DNA of 64,000 bases from contig CBDHDG010000003.1 in assembly GCA_965261595.1 (NCBI GenBank), forward strand, positions 256,001 to 320,000, written 5' to 3'. The translations under genes and the position numbers were made by a program. This stretch comes from a bacterium (GTDB lineage: Bacteria > UBA8248 > JACPRG01 > G963555815). Positions within the stretch are counted from its first letter, which is position 1; each line of letters begins with the position of its first letter. The notes under the pieces were generated by a model. The model saw only the letters and a program-made list of their open reading frames with translations, did not search any database and was not told the DNA's origin. Shown in pieces: positions 43,605-53,978 of the stretch.

Positions 43605-44313
43605 CCTGAAAACATGGCTTCATCGTGGACTTGGGCAGCGTGACACACTACTTCTCATCCTCGCGTCGTTCGATACGCCGTGCCAAGTAAGCGACATAAA
43701 GGAACATGCCAGGGAGGCAGGATTCCAGGTGCCAAAGACGTGGAACCCATCCGCCTCCCTGGGCAAAAGCAAGGGATTGGCAATCAGAACGCCAAAGGGG
43801 TGGGAGATAACAGAGGCAGGGAGACAGCATCTTAGGAACCTTGGCGTTACCAAAGTCAGCCCAGCGGCGGTACAAGTGGCGACCGATCTCCGAGCAGAAC
43901 TTCCAAATATTAAAGACGAAGAAACGCGTTCTTTCGTAGAGGAAGCAGTCAAGTGCTACGAGGCGGAACTCTATCGGTCAGCAATTGTCATGTCCTGGAT
44001 CGGTGCTGTTGCCGTTCTGCACAACCATGTTCACGTTGGGCATTTGAAAGCGTTCAATGTGGAAGCAAAGCGTGTGGATGCCAAGTGGAAAGATGCAAAG
44101 ACTAAGAATGATCTAGGTAGAATGAGAGAGGCTGACTTCCTAGACCGGATCGCGGCCCTCTCCATCATTGGCCAGGATGTGAAGAAAGCACTAAAGCAAT
44201 GTCTTGATCGCCGCAACAGCTGCGGCCACCCGAACTCACTACAGATCAGCGCCAACACAGCAGCGCACCATGTCGAGCTACTGCTCCTCAATGTATTCAA
44301 GAGTTTGCAATAA
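43537..44313 (+). CDS. Putative wHTH-HEPN protein (predicted RNase)
   Basis: N-terminal wing GWEITEAGRQHL; EEAVKCYEAELYRSAIVMSW and RNSCGHP (Rx4H); true start possibly near 43588-43591. Confidence 0.7.
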   Translation: MGTMLCRRQRRRKWRRAFLKTSDLKTWLHRGLGQRDTLLLILASFDTPCQVSDIKEHAREAGFQVPKTWNPSASLGKSKGLAIRTPKGWEITEAGRQHLRNLGVTKVSPAAVQVATDLRAELPNIKDEETRSFVEEAVKCYEAELYRSAIVMSWIGAVAVLHNHVHVGHLKAFNVEAKRVDAKWKDAKTKNDLGRMREADFLDRIAALSIIGQDVKKALKQCLDRRNSCGHPNSLQISANTAAHHVELLLLNVFKSLQ

Positions 44314-44522
44314 ACGCTCTCAATACAAACTTTGTAACAAGTCTGTACCCACACGCGCAGAACTTGGAAACAAAACAGTGCCTATAGGGCACCTGAAGGC
44401 ATTGCCGGCGCGGGACGAAAAAAGAAAGTCTCCGTTACCCTATTGGAATAACGGGATTTTGGGGTTGCAGGGCCTTGTATTGGCCGAGGCCGACATTCAC
44501 TCGTGGTCATAATCTAAACCTC

Positions 44523-45050
44523 TGACCAGCCCCCTTCAAACGAGTCCAGTTTATCAATGAGTATTCCTGGATTGTAGAAGGAGGCGAAGGCTGGCCAGGA
44601 AGCGGTTTACGGCCGCGCAGATCATCATCAAGCTGCGAGAGGCGGAGGTGGCCCAGTCCCAAGGGAAGACGGTAGGCCAGGAGTGTAAGCAGATCGGGGT
44701 GACTGAGCAGACCTACTACCGGTGGAGGAAGGCGTACGAGGGTCTGAGGATGGACCAGGCCAGGCGTTTGAAGTCCCTGGAGAAGGAGAATGGCCGTCTG
44801 AAGAAGCTGGTGGCGGGTCTGTCTGTGGACAACCAGATTTTGAAGGAAGTCTCCTCGGGAAACTTCTAGGCCCGGCGAAGCGGAGAGGAGCCGTGGTATG
44901 GGTGCGAGAGCGATTAGGATGGTAGAACTGGCCAGCGCGTATGGCCGAACCGGGTACCGGAGGATCACGGCGATGCTTCGTCTTAGAGGGGTGGAAGGTG
45001 AACCCTAAGCGAGTGGAAAGGCTTTGGAGACAGGAGGGGCTGAAAGTCAA
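44523..45050 (+). mobile_element. IS3-family (IS407-like) remnant
   Basis: RKRFTAAQIIIKLREAE..TEQTYYRWRK..ENGRLKKLVA orfA; orfB fragment GYRRITAML..KRVERLWRQEGLKV. Confidence 0.85.
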
Positions 45051-45110
45051 TGAACCAAGACCGCACCTGACAAATCTTTCGGCCGGAAGTCTCCTGACGT
45101 TCAACGGTCA

Positions 45111-45139
45111 TTGACTATTGTCGATAGACACCGTACAAT
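45111..45139 (+). promoter_or_regulatory. Putative sigma70 promoter/operator of higBA
   Basis: TTGACT-17 bp-TACAAT with palindrome tgtc-gata-gaca in the spacer. Confidence 0.7.
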
Positions 45140-45145
45140 ACCCAA

Positions 45146-45424
45146 GTGATCAAGACGTTCCGGCATCGCGGCCTGAAAGAGCTCTACGAGCATGGACACT
45201 CTGCGAAAGTGGCGCAGGGCCACGTTGAGAAACTCTTGCGCATTCTGACCGCTTTGGACCGGAGCGATGGCCCTGAAGGGATGGACCTTCCAGGTTTTCG
45301 CCTCCATGCTCTCAAGGGCCGCATGAAGGGTCGCTACGCGGTTTCCGTCTCGGCCAACTGGCGAGTGACGTTTCGGTTCGAGGAGGGACACGCTGTGGAT
45401 GCCGACTATATCGATTACCATTAG
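45146..45424 (+). CDS. higB: HigB (RelE/ParE-family) toxin
   Basis: IKTFRHRGLKELY, PGFRLHALKG, VSANWRVTFRF, DYH. Confidence 0.93.
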   Translation: MIKTFRHRGLKELYEHGHSAKVAQGHVEKLLRILTALDRSDGPEGMDLPGFRLHALKGRMKGRYAVSVSANWRVTFRFEEGHAVDADYIDYH

Positions 45425-45435
45425 GAGGTCGTGAG

Positions 45436-45723
45436 ATGGCCATGAAAAACCCCGTGCATCCCGGCGCCATCGTGCGCGAAGACTGCCTGAAACCCTTGGG
45501 TTTGTCGATTTCGGAGGCCGCGAAACGGCTCGGCGTCGGGCGTCAGACACTTTCCAATCTGGTCAACGAAAAAGCGTCCGTTTCGATCGAGATGGCCTAC
45601 CGGCTATCGAAGGCGTTCGGCTCAACCCCCGAGACGTGGCTCAGCATGCAGTTGGCCTTCGACCTTGCCCGCTCGCGTGATTTGGAACAGAAGATCAAAG
45701 TCGAACGAATCGTCGCCGCATAG
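45436..45723 (+). CDS. higA: HigA antitoxin (HTH XRE)
   Basis: NPVHPG, SIEMAYRLSKAFGSTPETWLSMQ. Confidence 0.93.
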   Translation: MAMKNPVHPGAIVREDCLKPLGLSISEAAKRLGVGRQTLSNLVNEKASVSIEMAYRLSKAFGSTPETWLSMQLAFDLARSRDLEQKIKVERIVAA

Positions 45724-46076
45724 ACTTCCGTCAACCGCCGCGGACCTCGGGTATGGGTTTTCGCTCCACAACCTGCGGGATTCGTCCGCTACGGCGGTTT
45801 TCCCGAATAACTATCGACAATCGGCGTCAGACCATCGCCTGTCTATGGTCGAAGCTCCGTGTTGGCATAGTGTTGACTCCGGAGAAACGCTGTATCCGTT
45901 GTCCGAGGCTAGATCTTTGAAACACACGCAATATGAGTATGTTACAAGACAGTAAGCGATGTAGGATTGGTCTACATGCGGAAACCGAATGCCATGATTA
46001 TTCTCCTTGTGCGTGAGGGTGCGGATGACAATGGGTGACGGAAGGGGGGAGAGCCTCTCTCTCCGGCCCCTTCGGT

Positions 46077-46223
46077 TCACCCTAGAAGAGCCTCTCCTTC
46101 TTCTCCGGCGTCGGCGCAGGCGGCTTCGGTCCTGATCCTTCGGATGGTGTGGGAATCGAGGCCGCTCTCGGCGAGTAATTCTTCGTTGGTGAGAACATCG
46201 AGTTCGAGGTCACAGTCGAGCAT
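46077..46223 (-). CDS. Small acidic hypothetical protein
   Basis: aggagg RBS before ATG; 48 aa. Confidence 0.45.
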   Translation of the reverse strand: MLDCDLELDVLTNEELLAESGLDSHTIRRIRTEAACADAGEEGEALLG

Positions 46224-46726
46224 GGGCTTGCCTCCTGTTCCGGGGTTGCCGCTCTCGGCATCGGGACCGGGAGACCGTTCTCCCTCTCCCATGCCGGGCG
46301 TTCGCCCGGCCCTTGCTTCCCTCTGGCTCTACGGCGAGAAGGCGCTCGCAGACCGTGCGCGGTCTTCGTCCTCGCCCGGCTGTCGTCGAACACGGACCCG
46401 CTCGAGCTTGCATGCGGTGCGGGATTCGAGTCGGATAATACGCATGGACTACCAGGGACTCATCAAGCGGCGTGGGTTCTGGCTGCTGGCGCTCTTGTGG
46501 CTGCCGGCCGGGGTGGTCGCGACGGCGGCGGTGAGCTTCGCGCCGGAGGCGGAGCCCGTGACGTGGCTGTCTATGATGTTGATGTCGGCGGGGTCGCTGG
46601 TGCCGGTCGCTGGTGGCGGGACTGCTCGGCCCGGCGATACGGATTGCGGCGGTAGAAGGGCCGCCCCCCGGCTGGCGGGCGGCAGGCCGGCGGTACGTAC
46701 CCCCGGCGAGCCGGCACAGACCGCGT

Positions 46727-47535
46727 TCACTGCCCCGTAAAAGACGCCATCGGTGACGTATCGCTAACGATCTCCACCTGATCGTGGGACAACCGGGCGA
46801 AGGCCAGGCACATGGCCACCTCCTCCCAGCTGTCCCAGGTCCCGTGGTCCTCGCCCGTGGCGGTCTCGATCACGGTGTAGCGCGGCGGAAGGATCGGAAG
46901 GCCCCGATGCTCGGCCGAGCGCACCCAGGACCGGTGCGCGCACGGCACGCACCGCGCCGCTCTCTGCGATGGAGCACCACAGTCGGACAAAGCCAGCTCT
47001 CTCGCCTGTGGACGTAGCGCCTTCGGCTGGCGGCGTTCTTCCGTGGATGGCGCCCGGCCTCGAGGGCGGCGCAGGGACCGCAGCGCGAGGCGCGGTCAAG
47101 GGCCGGCCCGCCGCAGCGACCACACCGACCATCGGCCCGCCGGGCGGCATACTGCTCCCGTTCGGCCGCTTGCCGTGCGTCACGGCAAGCCCGGCAGGTC
47201 GCGCCGCCCTGGACCGGGGAACGGTGGCCGCAACGCGTGCACTGGCCGACGTCCCGGTATGCACGGAGGCGCCGCCTGCTTCTCTCCCGCCCGATCCTTC
47301 GGCGGACCTTGGGATCCCGGCCGCCGTAGAGCCTGCCTTCGGCCTTGCCCTTGGCGTACCGGGCGCGTTCGGCCTTCCGCCGCTTCTCCCCGCAGGAATG
47401 GCACAGGCTGCGTTCGGGAGGGAGGGGCTCTCTTCCGCACTTCGGGCACATCCTGCTGGCGAGGCGCTCTTTGGTGCGCCTGCAGCAGCGTTCCCGGTCA
47501 TGCTCGCGCGCCTTGTCGGGATCTTTGTAAGGCAT
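46727..47535 (-). pseudogene. Arg/Cys-rich protein with four CxxC..CxxC repeats; frameshift near 46990
   Basis: CPKC/CHSC, CTRC/CRAC, CGRC/CGPC, (C)xDC/CVPC separated by basic helices. Confidence 0.65.
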
Positions 47536-47620
47536 CAACGTCTCCCACCGGGGCTGAAATCGGGACAACGGACGCCCGGCCGGCGCCGGGCCGGCGGGAC
47601 ATCCAGAAAGAGAACGCCAA

Positions 47621-47944
47621 TCAGCGCTGCCTGCGTTCCGCGAACAAACCGGTCGCCAGATCGCCCCACAGTTGGACTCCGGAGTTCCGGAGGTTGATTC
47701 CGGTTGCAACGATGATCTCGTCCCGAGCGGGCCGCATCTTCCGGACCACTTGCCGGGACGCGATTGTCCCCGGCGCCTTGGGCCGGCCCTTGGTCCTCGG
47801 CCCCTTGGCGCGCAGGGGCCGGATGTCGCCGTCGGCCATGGACTGGAAGCGCTCGACCACGTAGCGGTCGTCATCGAGACCTTGGCCGAACAGGTGGGTG
47901 AGGAAGGTGCTTGCGTTGCCGGGATGCGTCTGGACCGTGTGCAT
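47621..47944 (-). CDS. Hypothetical protein
   Basis: taaggagg RBS before ATG; 107-aa ORF. Confidence 0.55.
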   Translation of the reverse strand: MHTVQTHPGNASTFLTHLFGQGLDDDRYVVERFQSMADGDIRPLRAKGPRTKGRPKAPGTIASRQVVRKMRPARDEIIVATGINLRNSGVQLWGDLATGLFAERRQR

Positions 47945-48585
47945 GGCGTCGTCCTCCTTATGAGCCGGTGGTTGAGAAAGGCGGCGACGCCCTCTCCGGG
48001 ACATCCGTCCGCCGCCCCGCTCACGGCCCGGCTCGGCCTCTTCGCGGCGCACCGCGCGTCGGGGGGGAACGGCTCCATCGACCGCCGGCTGGCCGGCGAT
48101 AGGTATGCCGTATGAGCTTTTCGCGGTTCGACCCGGTGCTATCGGTGGGATGCGTTCAAAGGGTTCGACGCGCGTTGGAGGCTGGCCTTGGGAGACCTGC
48201 GGCCAGACCCGGTGACCGACGGCGGGCCGGCCGGCACGCTGTCAACGTTCGCCTGAACCGGCCTCGTGCGGCCGGGTTTCAGCCGTGGGTCTTCGCTCTG
48301 CCAGAGACCGCTACCGGACATCCGGCATGGATGCGGTGGAATAGAGATGGGGTGTGGTGGTGGGGTACGAAGGGTGGTTCGATACCGGCCGTTGGGCCGC
48401 CGGGCGGCGGGCTAGGCGATGGCCCATCCTCTTCGCACCGAGCAGGTGCTCCTGATCAGGATTTGATCCCGCGCCTCGCCAGGCAGACGAACTCGCGAGG
48501 CGGGACGCCCGGCGTGCGCAGACAAGCGGGAATGGCAGGCTAAGGTGCGGCAGGAATTCCGAAGTTCGCGGTGTCAGGCTAGGAA

Positions 48586-49950
48586 TCAGGGTACACCTTC
48601 GATCTTGTCGATTATCGGTATCGCCGTCACCGCAAACTTAGTAAATTTGCCAACGAAGTACTTGGTGATCTCGCCGTCTTTCTCTTTGCACTCCTGATGC
48701 AAATCCCAGAGGCGTGAATCCAATCCCTTTTGTCCTTATGCAATTCCTCCTTCCATGGGCACCAGTCGTTACCGACACTTGCCCCAGGAGGAAGTCTGAC
48801 CTGGAGCTCTTTATCAAGACGATCTCGCCGTTTCTTATCGTCTATCGCTATTTTGCTCTTTTTTATTGGAGACGATACAGCGATGAACCAGCCATTCGGA
48901 CCTTCCTGCGGTGCACACAGTTCAATAATGGTTCGCTCGCCTGACTCGGGTCGTCCACCTTGATCTTGATATGGAGTCCAACACTTCCGATACAGCCAGA
49001 CGCTGCATGAGTTCTTCTTGGGATTGCCCTCATACCTGCAGCCAACGTGCATGTCGTGATCGAATTTCTGCAACTCAGGCGCCTTCCCGATCCAATAACG
49101 CAGTTGTTCCAGGAATGGCTTACACACGCGCTCCCTGACATCAGACCAAGAATCATGCACCAACTTCGCGATTTTCAGATTCTCCCGATTGAACGGCTCC
49201 GACAACAAGAAGTCCAGGAGCTCCTTGGTTTCTTCGCTATCGGTAGTCATGGATTGGCCTCCAATCCGTTGGCAGAATGTCTCGGCATCGCGCAGGAACC
49301 AGCGAAGTCGGTCCACCTTGCACTTCTCCCGGCACTCTCCGAGCCACTCGGCGAGCGAATACTGAATGCGAAAGTCTTCGAATTCGTCCACATGTTTCTC
49401 TTGTCCTTGTATGTACGGTATGATTGCAAAGTGGCCTTTTCACTTCTCAAGTTCCTTCCTGTCGATGCTCCTTTCTGACGGACCTTCGCCGGTGGGAGAG
49501 AGGTAGATCAGAAGGAACCGGTCGCCGTATTCCCCCTCAAGGTGGTTGAGGTAGTCCTTGACCTGATCCTTCTGGTCGTCGGCGTAAGGCTTGTTCTCGA
49601 TGGCCAGGCAGTGTCGTTCTCCATCGTGACCTACGATCTCAACGAAGATGTCAATACGCTGGCGGTCAGCGATCTCCAACTCGACTTTAACGGTAATCCG
49701 GCTCTTGTCGAGGTTGGGCCAGTGTGGAGTCTCTTTCAAGCCCTTCAATCTCTCCAGGAACGTCCGGAGAAACAGCTTCCCCTGACCATGGCTTGCCTCG
49801 GGATCGAGCTGATTGGCGATCATCGTGGAAAGCCCCAATTCTCTAACCCCCAGGTAGTCGAGGACGTTGAATCGGGGCGCCAGTTTTTTGTCGAGCTCCC
49901 GTTCTAGGGCTCTCGCCGTCTCCAATCGGGGAGTCAACTCGGCCAAAGCT
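48586..49950 (-). pseudogene. PD-(D/E)XK nuclease-family protein, 5'-truncated, in-frame TGA at 49440-49442, frameshift near 48715
   Basis: FNVLDYLG, LDPEASHGQGKLFL, RIDIFV, AIENKPYADDQKDQVKDY, IYLSPTG. Confidence 0.82.
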
Positions 49951-50036
49951 CGCCGCGGACGCCGACTGCGACGTGATTCTGGGCGGGCACACGGGGATTC
50001 ACTGGAGCCGCCGGTTACGCGCGCCGGGCTGGGTAC

Positions 50037-50285
50037 GTGAACGCCGGGGCCCTGTGGCGCCCGGCCAACGACGGGCGAACCTGCGTCTGGTATGCTAAAC
50101 CATCCACGGGCGCGGACCGGCTGGAAGTGGAGCATGTTCCGGTCCGCTACGATCACGAGGCGCTGGCTCGCGAAATGGCGAGAGAGGGCATTTGTGAGGA
50201 GTTCGTCACGACGATTCGCACCGGGTGGTGGACCACCTGACTGGAGATCCTGCCGGGCAAGGAACGGGCTCGCGGGCGCTACTGA
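50037..50285 (+). pseudogene. C-terminal fragment of a metallophosphoesterase-like protein with in-frame TGA at 50238-50240
   Basis: NAGALWRPANDG, YDHEALAREM, TGWWTT*LEILPGKERARGRY. Confidence 0.55.
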
Positions 50286-50333
50286 GGGTCCGTGGTCCCG
50301 GCTTTCCTCCGGTGCGCCAACCGGGAGGCGCCG

Positions 50334-52091
50334 TTGAGTGCTCACATCGCCTATCTGGACGGACCGCGCCTGCGCCGGTCTCTGGTCGCCGCCTGCGAGT
50401 ACACCCGCCAGCAGCGGCAGGAACTGAACCGCATCAACGTTTTTCCGGTGCCCGACGGCGACACCGGCACCAACCTGGCCCTCACCGTGGAGGCCATCGC
50501 GGACCGCCTGCGGCGCAACCGCGACCGGGCAGTTTCCGCCGTCGCGGACGATGCAGCCGAAGCGGCGCTGCTGGGTGCGCGCGACAACAGCGGGATGATG
50601 CTGTCGCACTTCCTGCTGGGCTTCGCGGCCCACCTGAAGGGACGCAAGCGCGTGGGCCCGCGCGGGTTCGCCGGGGCGCTGGGCGGGGGCATCGACAACC
50701 TCTACAACGCGCTCGATAACCCGGTCGAGGGCACCATTCTGACCGTCATCCGGGGCACCGCAAACGCCGCGAAGGAGAGCTCCGCCACGGACTTCGTCCC
50801 CTGCGTCGACCGGCTGGTGGACGCCGGCGGCCGCGGTTTCGTGCACATGCTGGAGGGCGTGCTCCTGCTCATCAACGGGGACCCGATCGTCGCCTCCGGA
50901 GACGAGACGGATTACGCGCAGGTCCCGGCGACCGTCGCCGAGGTCGAGTATCCCGAGGATGAGGAGCAGTACCGCTACTGCACCGAGGCGCTGGTGCGCG
51001 GCGAGGGGCTGCCGGCGTCCGCGATCATGCGCGAGGAACTGCGCCGCCACGGCGATTCCATAATCGTGGTCAGCTCCGACACCCTGCTCAAGGTGCACGT
51101 GCACACGGACGGTCCTGATGGAGTCTTCTCCTACCTGCGCACGCTGGGCAGGCTCGCCACGAAGAAAGCCGAGGACATGCGCGCCCAGCACGCGGCGGCG
51201 CGCCACGGCGGGGGCGGCCACCAGACCCTGGTGCGGCGTCCCTTCGCGATCGTGACCGACAGCGGCAACGATCTCCCCGAAGACATCATCCGCGCCCACG
51301 GCATCCACGTGGTCCCGGTCGTGCTAGTGGACGGAGGCCGCCCCCTGCGCGACGGCATCGACATCACCGCGGAGGACTTCCACGAGAAGATGCGCGACGC
51401 CAGCGGAGAACTGCCCACCACCTCGCAGCCTCCGCCGCAGGCCTTCGTGGACGGCTTCGCGCGGGCCGCCGAGGACGGCGACCAGATCCTGGGCGTCGTG
51501 CTGGGAAGCGGCGTGTCCGGCACCTTCGGTTCTGCGGAAGCGGCGGTGCGGACCTTCGACAAGGTGCCGGTGCACCTCTTCGACTCCCGCGGAGTGTCGA
51601 TTCTTGAGGGGCTGCTCGTGCTGAAGGCGGCGGAACTGGCGGAGAGCGGGACGAGCGCCGGCGAGATCCTGGCCGAACTCTCCCGCGTGCGCGACCAGTC
51701 CGGCATTTTCGCCACCGTGGACACCTTCGACCGCCTGCTGCACTCGGGGAGGGTGGGGAAGGGCCAGGCCTGGTTCGGGGGCATGCTGGGGGTGAAGCCC
51801 ATCCTGTCGCTGACCGAGGAGGGGAAGGTCGGTCCGGTCGGCAAGGTGATCGGCCGCAAAAAGGTGCTTCCGGCGGTTCTCGGTCTTCTGGAGGACCGCA
51901 TCCCGGCCGGTGCGAAGAAACTCCGCTTCGGCGTGGTGCACGTCGGGTGCCCGGAGATCGTCGAGCAGGTCTCGGCCGCCCTGCACGCGCGCTACGGCGA
52001 CGTGGACATCCTCGGCGGCCCCACGGCCCCGATCTTCGCCACCCACCTGGGGCTGGGCGCCTGGTGCCTGGCCTACATGGTCGAGGACTAG
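50334..52091 (+). CDS. DAK2-DegV (FakA/FakB-like) fusion protein with apparent in-frame deletion
   Basis: LNRINVFPVPDGDTGTNL, PVEGTILTV, YCTE, KVHVHT; DegV motifs IVTDS, PTTSQP, SGVSGT, VKPIL, THLG. Confidence 0.88.
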   Translation: MSAHIAYLDGPRLRRSLVAACEYTRQQRQELNRINVFPVPDGDTGTNLALTVEAIADRLRRNRDRAVSAVADDAAEAALLGARDNSGMMLSHFLLGFAAHLKGRKRVGPRGFAGALGGGIDNLYNALDNPVEGTILTVIRGTANAAKESSATDFVPCVDRLVDAGGRGFVHMLEGVLLLINGDPIVASGDETDYAQVPATVAEVEYPEDEEQYRYCTEALVRGEGLPASAIMREELRRHGDSIIVVSSDTLLKVHVHTDGPDGVFSYLRTLGRLATKKAEDMRAQHAAARHGGGGHQTLVRRPFAIVTDSGNDLPEDIIRAHGIHVVPVVLVDGGRPLRDGIDITAEDFHEKMRDASGELPTTSQPPPQAFVDGFARAAEDGDQILGVVLGSGVSGTFGSAEAAVRTFDKVPVHLFDSRGVSILEGLLVLKAAELAESGTSAGEILAELSRVRDQSGIFATVDTFDRLLHSGRVGKGQAWFGGMLGVKPILSLTEEGKVGPVGKVIGRKKVLPAVLGLLEDRIPAGAKKLRFGVVHVGCPEIVEQVSAALHARYGDVDILGGPTAPIFATHLGLGAWCLAYMVED

Positions 52092-52169
52092 GGACTAGCT
52101 CAGCTCGGCGAGGGTTCAGCGCACATGGGCCGCCAAGCGGGCGAGGCACGTCTCCTAGGACGCGGGGCT

Positions 52170-52362
52170 GGTCACCACGAAGAGCAGATCAACTGCCATG
52201 CCGCCATTCCCCAAACGTCACCGCGCGGAACCACGCCCACCACGGGACAGCCAGGAACGCCCACCCACCACCACCTCATGACCACCACCCCCGCCCTCGA
52301 CAAACGCTCGGCTGGATGAAACCATGTGAGGTCTTCGCCAAGACCGTTGCGTTGACCGCTTG
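52170..52362 (+). mobile_element. IS30-family 3'-end remnant
   Basis: RPRQTLGWMKPCEVFAKTVALTA matches IS30 transposase C-termini. Confidence 0.6.
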
Positions 52363-53773
52363 TGGAGTTGACCCGTTTTTGTGGACACCTTCAGACTGTG
52401 CGGAGGAGGTGTTCAGATGCCGAGAACTCATTCACCCTACGCGCCGGAATACCGGCGCCAGATGGTTGAGCTGGTTCGCTCGGGCCGTACGCCCGGGGAG
52501 CTGGCCCTGGAGTTCGAGTGTTCCGCTTCGGCGATTCGCAACTGGGTGCGCCAGGCCGACCGCGACGAGGGCCGTCGTGAGGACGGTCTGACAAGCTCAG
52601 AGCTCGAGGAGCTACGGCGGCTTCGTCGGGACAATCGTCAGCTTCGCGAAGAACGCGAGATATTGGCAAAAGCTACGGCTTGGTTCGCTCGGGAGACCGG
52701 CTCGGTCCGGGCGAAGTCTTCGAGCTCGTGAAGGCGAATCAGGCCTGCCATCGGGTGGCCACGATGTGCCGTCGGCTGGGTGTCTCCCCCAGCGGATACT
52801 ACGCGTGGCGAAGCCGTGGGCGCTCTCTTCGTGCGAAGCGCGAGGAGGCGTTGCGTGGCACGATCCGGGCCATCCACGAGGTATCTGGTGGCACCTACGG
52901 GGCGCCTCGGGTCCATGCCGAGCTGATGGCCGGCGGCTGCCGGGTGAGCCGCAAACGGGTGGCTCGTCTGATGCGCGAGGCAGGGTTGGCCGGGGTGAGC
53001 CGACGCCGAGGCATGCGCACTACACGCGTGGACCAGAGCCATCGTGCGGTGCCGGACCGGGTCGAACGCCAGTTCCAGGCCAATGCGCCGGATCGGCTTT
53101 GGGTGGCCGACGTGCCCTACGTGCCGACCTGGACGGGGTTCGTGTACCTGGCCATCGTGCTCGACGTGTTCAGCCGCCGGGTGGTGGGATGGTCGATGGC
53201 CCATCATCTTCGCACCGAACTGGTGCTCGGGGCGCTGAACATGGCGTTGGGACAGCGCCGCCCCGACGGGGTCGTGCATCACTCCGACAGGGGATCGCAG
53301 TACACTTCGCTCGCCTTGGGCAAGCGGTGCCGGGAGATGGGGGTGGTTCCCTCGACCGGGTCGGCCGGGGATTGCTTTGACAACGCCATGGCCGAGAGCT
53401 TCTTTGCCACGCTGGAGTGCGAGCTCATCGACCGGCGCTCGTTCCGTACCCAGGCCGAAGCGCGCCTGGCGATCTTCCAATTCATCGAAGGCTGGTACAA
53501 CCCACGCCGTCGTCATTCGGCCCTGGGTTACCTCAGCCCCAACGACTTCGAACGCGCCGTGGCGAAGGAAACGCCACGTGCAGTGCGCAACGCTCATCGT
53601 CCGGCTCGAGCCGTCCCCGGTGCTTCCCGGAGCAGCGAGCCAAAGGTCAAGACATACCCCCCGGGGGCACCCTATCTATCGGATCGGGAGAAGACTTTAC
53701 GTCCACCGGCTGTCGCCCACCTCAGGGCTGGGGACGACAGTCATAAACTGTCCACTGAAACGGGGTAACTCCA
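52363..53773 (+). mobile_element. IS3-family insertion sequence (orfA 52417-52731, orfB 52728-53768)
   Basis: Related to 35176-36438; WVAD, HHSDRG, DNAMAESFF; ends tggagttgacccgtttttgtggac / tggagttaccccgtttcagtggac. Confidence 0.93.
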
Positions 53774-53978
53774 GCTCCTCATGGCGAAGCGCCCGGAGGA
53801 CCAGCACGTCCTCGAGCCGCTCGACCCAGCGCCCTTCCTCGATCGCGGCGCGCCACTCGGCGACGATGCGTTCGATGTTCGCGCGCCCGCCGTCTTCGAG
53901 CCACTCGGTCGCTTCCTCGTCGTACTCGCCGATGAGGGCGTCGGCGATGGCGTGAATGAGCTTCGTGTTCGCCGTCAT
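53774..53978 (-). pseudogene. Hypothetical gene truncated by IS3
   Basis: gggag RBS plus ATG at 53978; frame runs into the IS end at 53773. Confidence 0.4.

Noticed and set aside
49440..49442. TGA recoded as Trp or Sec (alternative genetic code)
   Set aside because: Many intact genes here end in TGA and use TGG for Trp; this gene is also truncated and frameshifted
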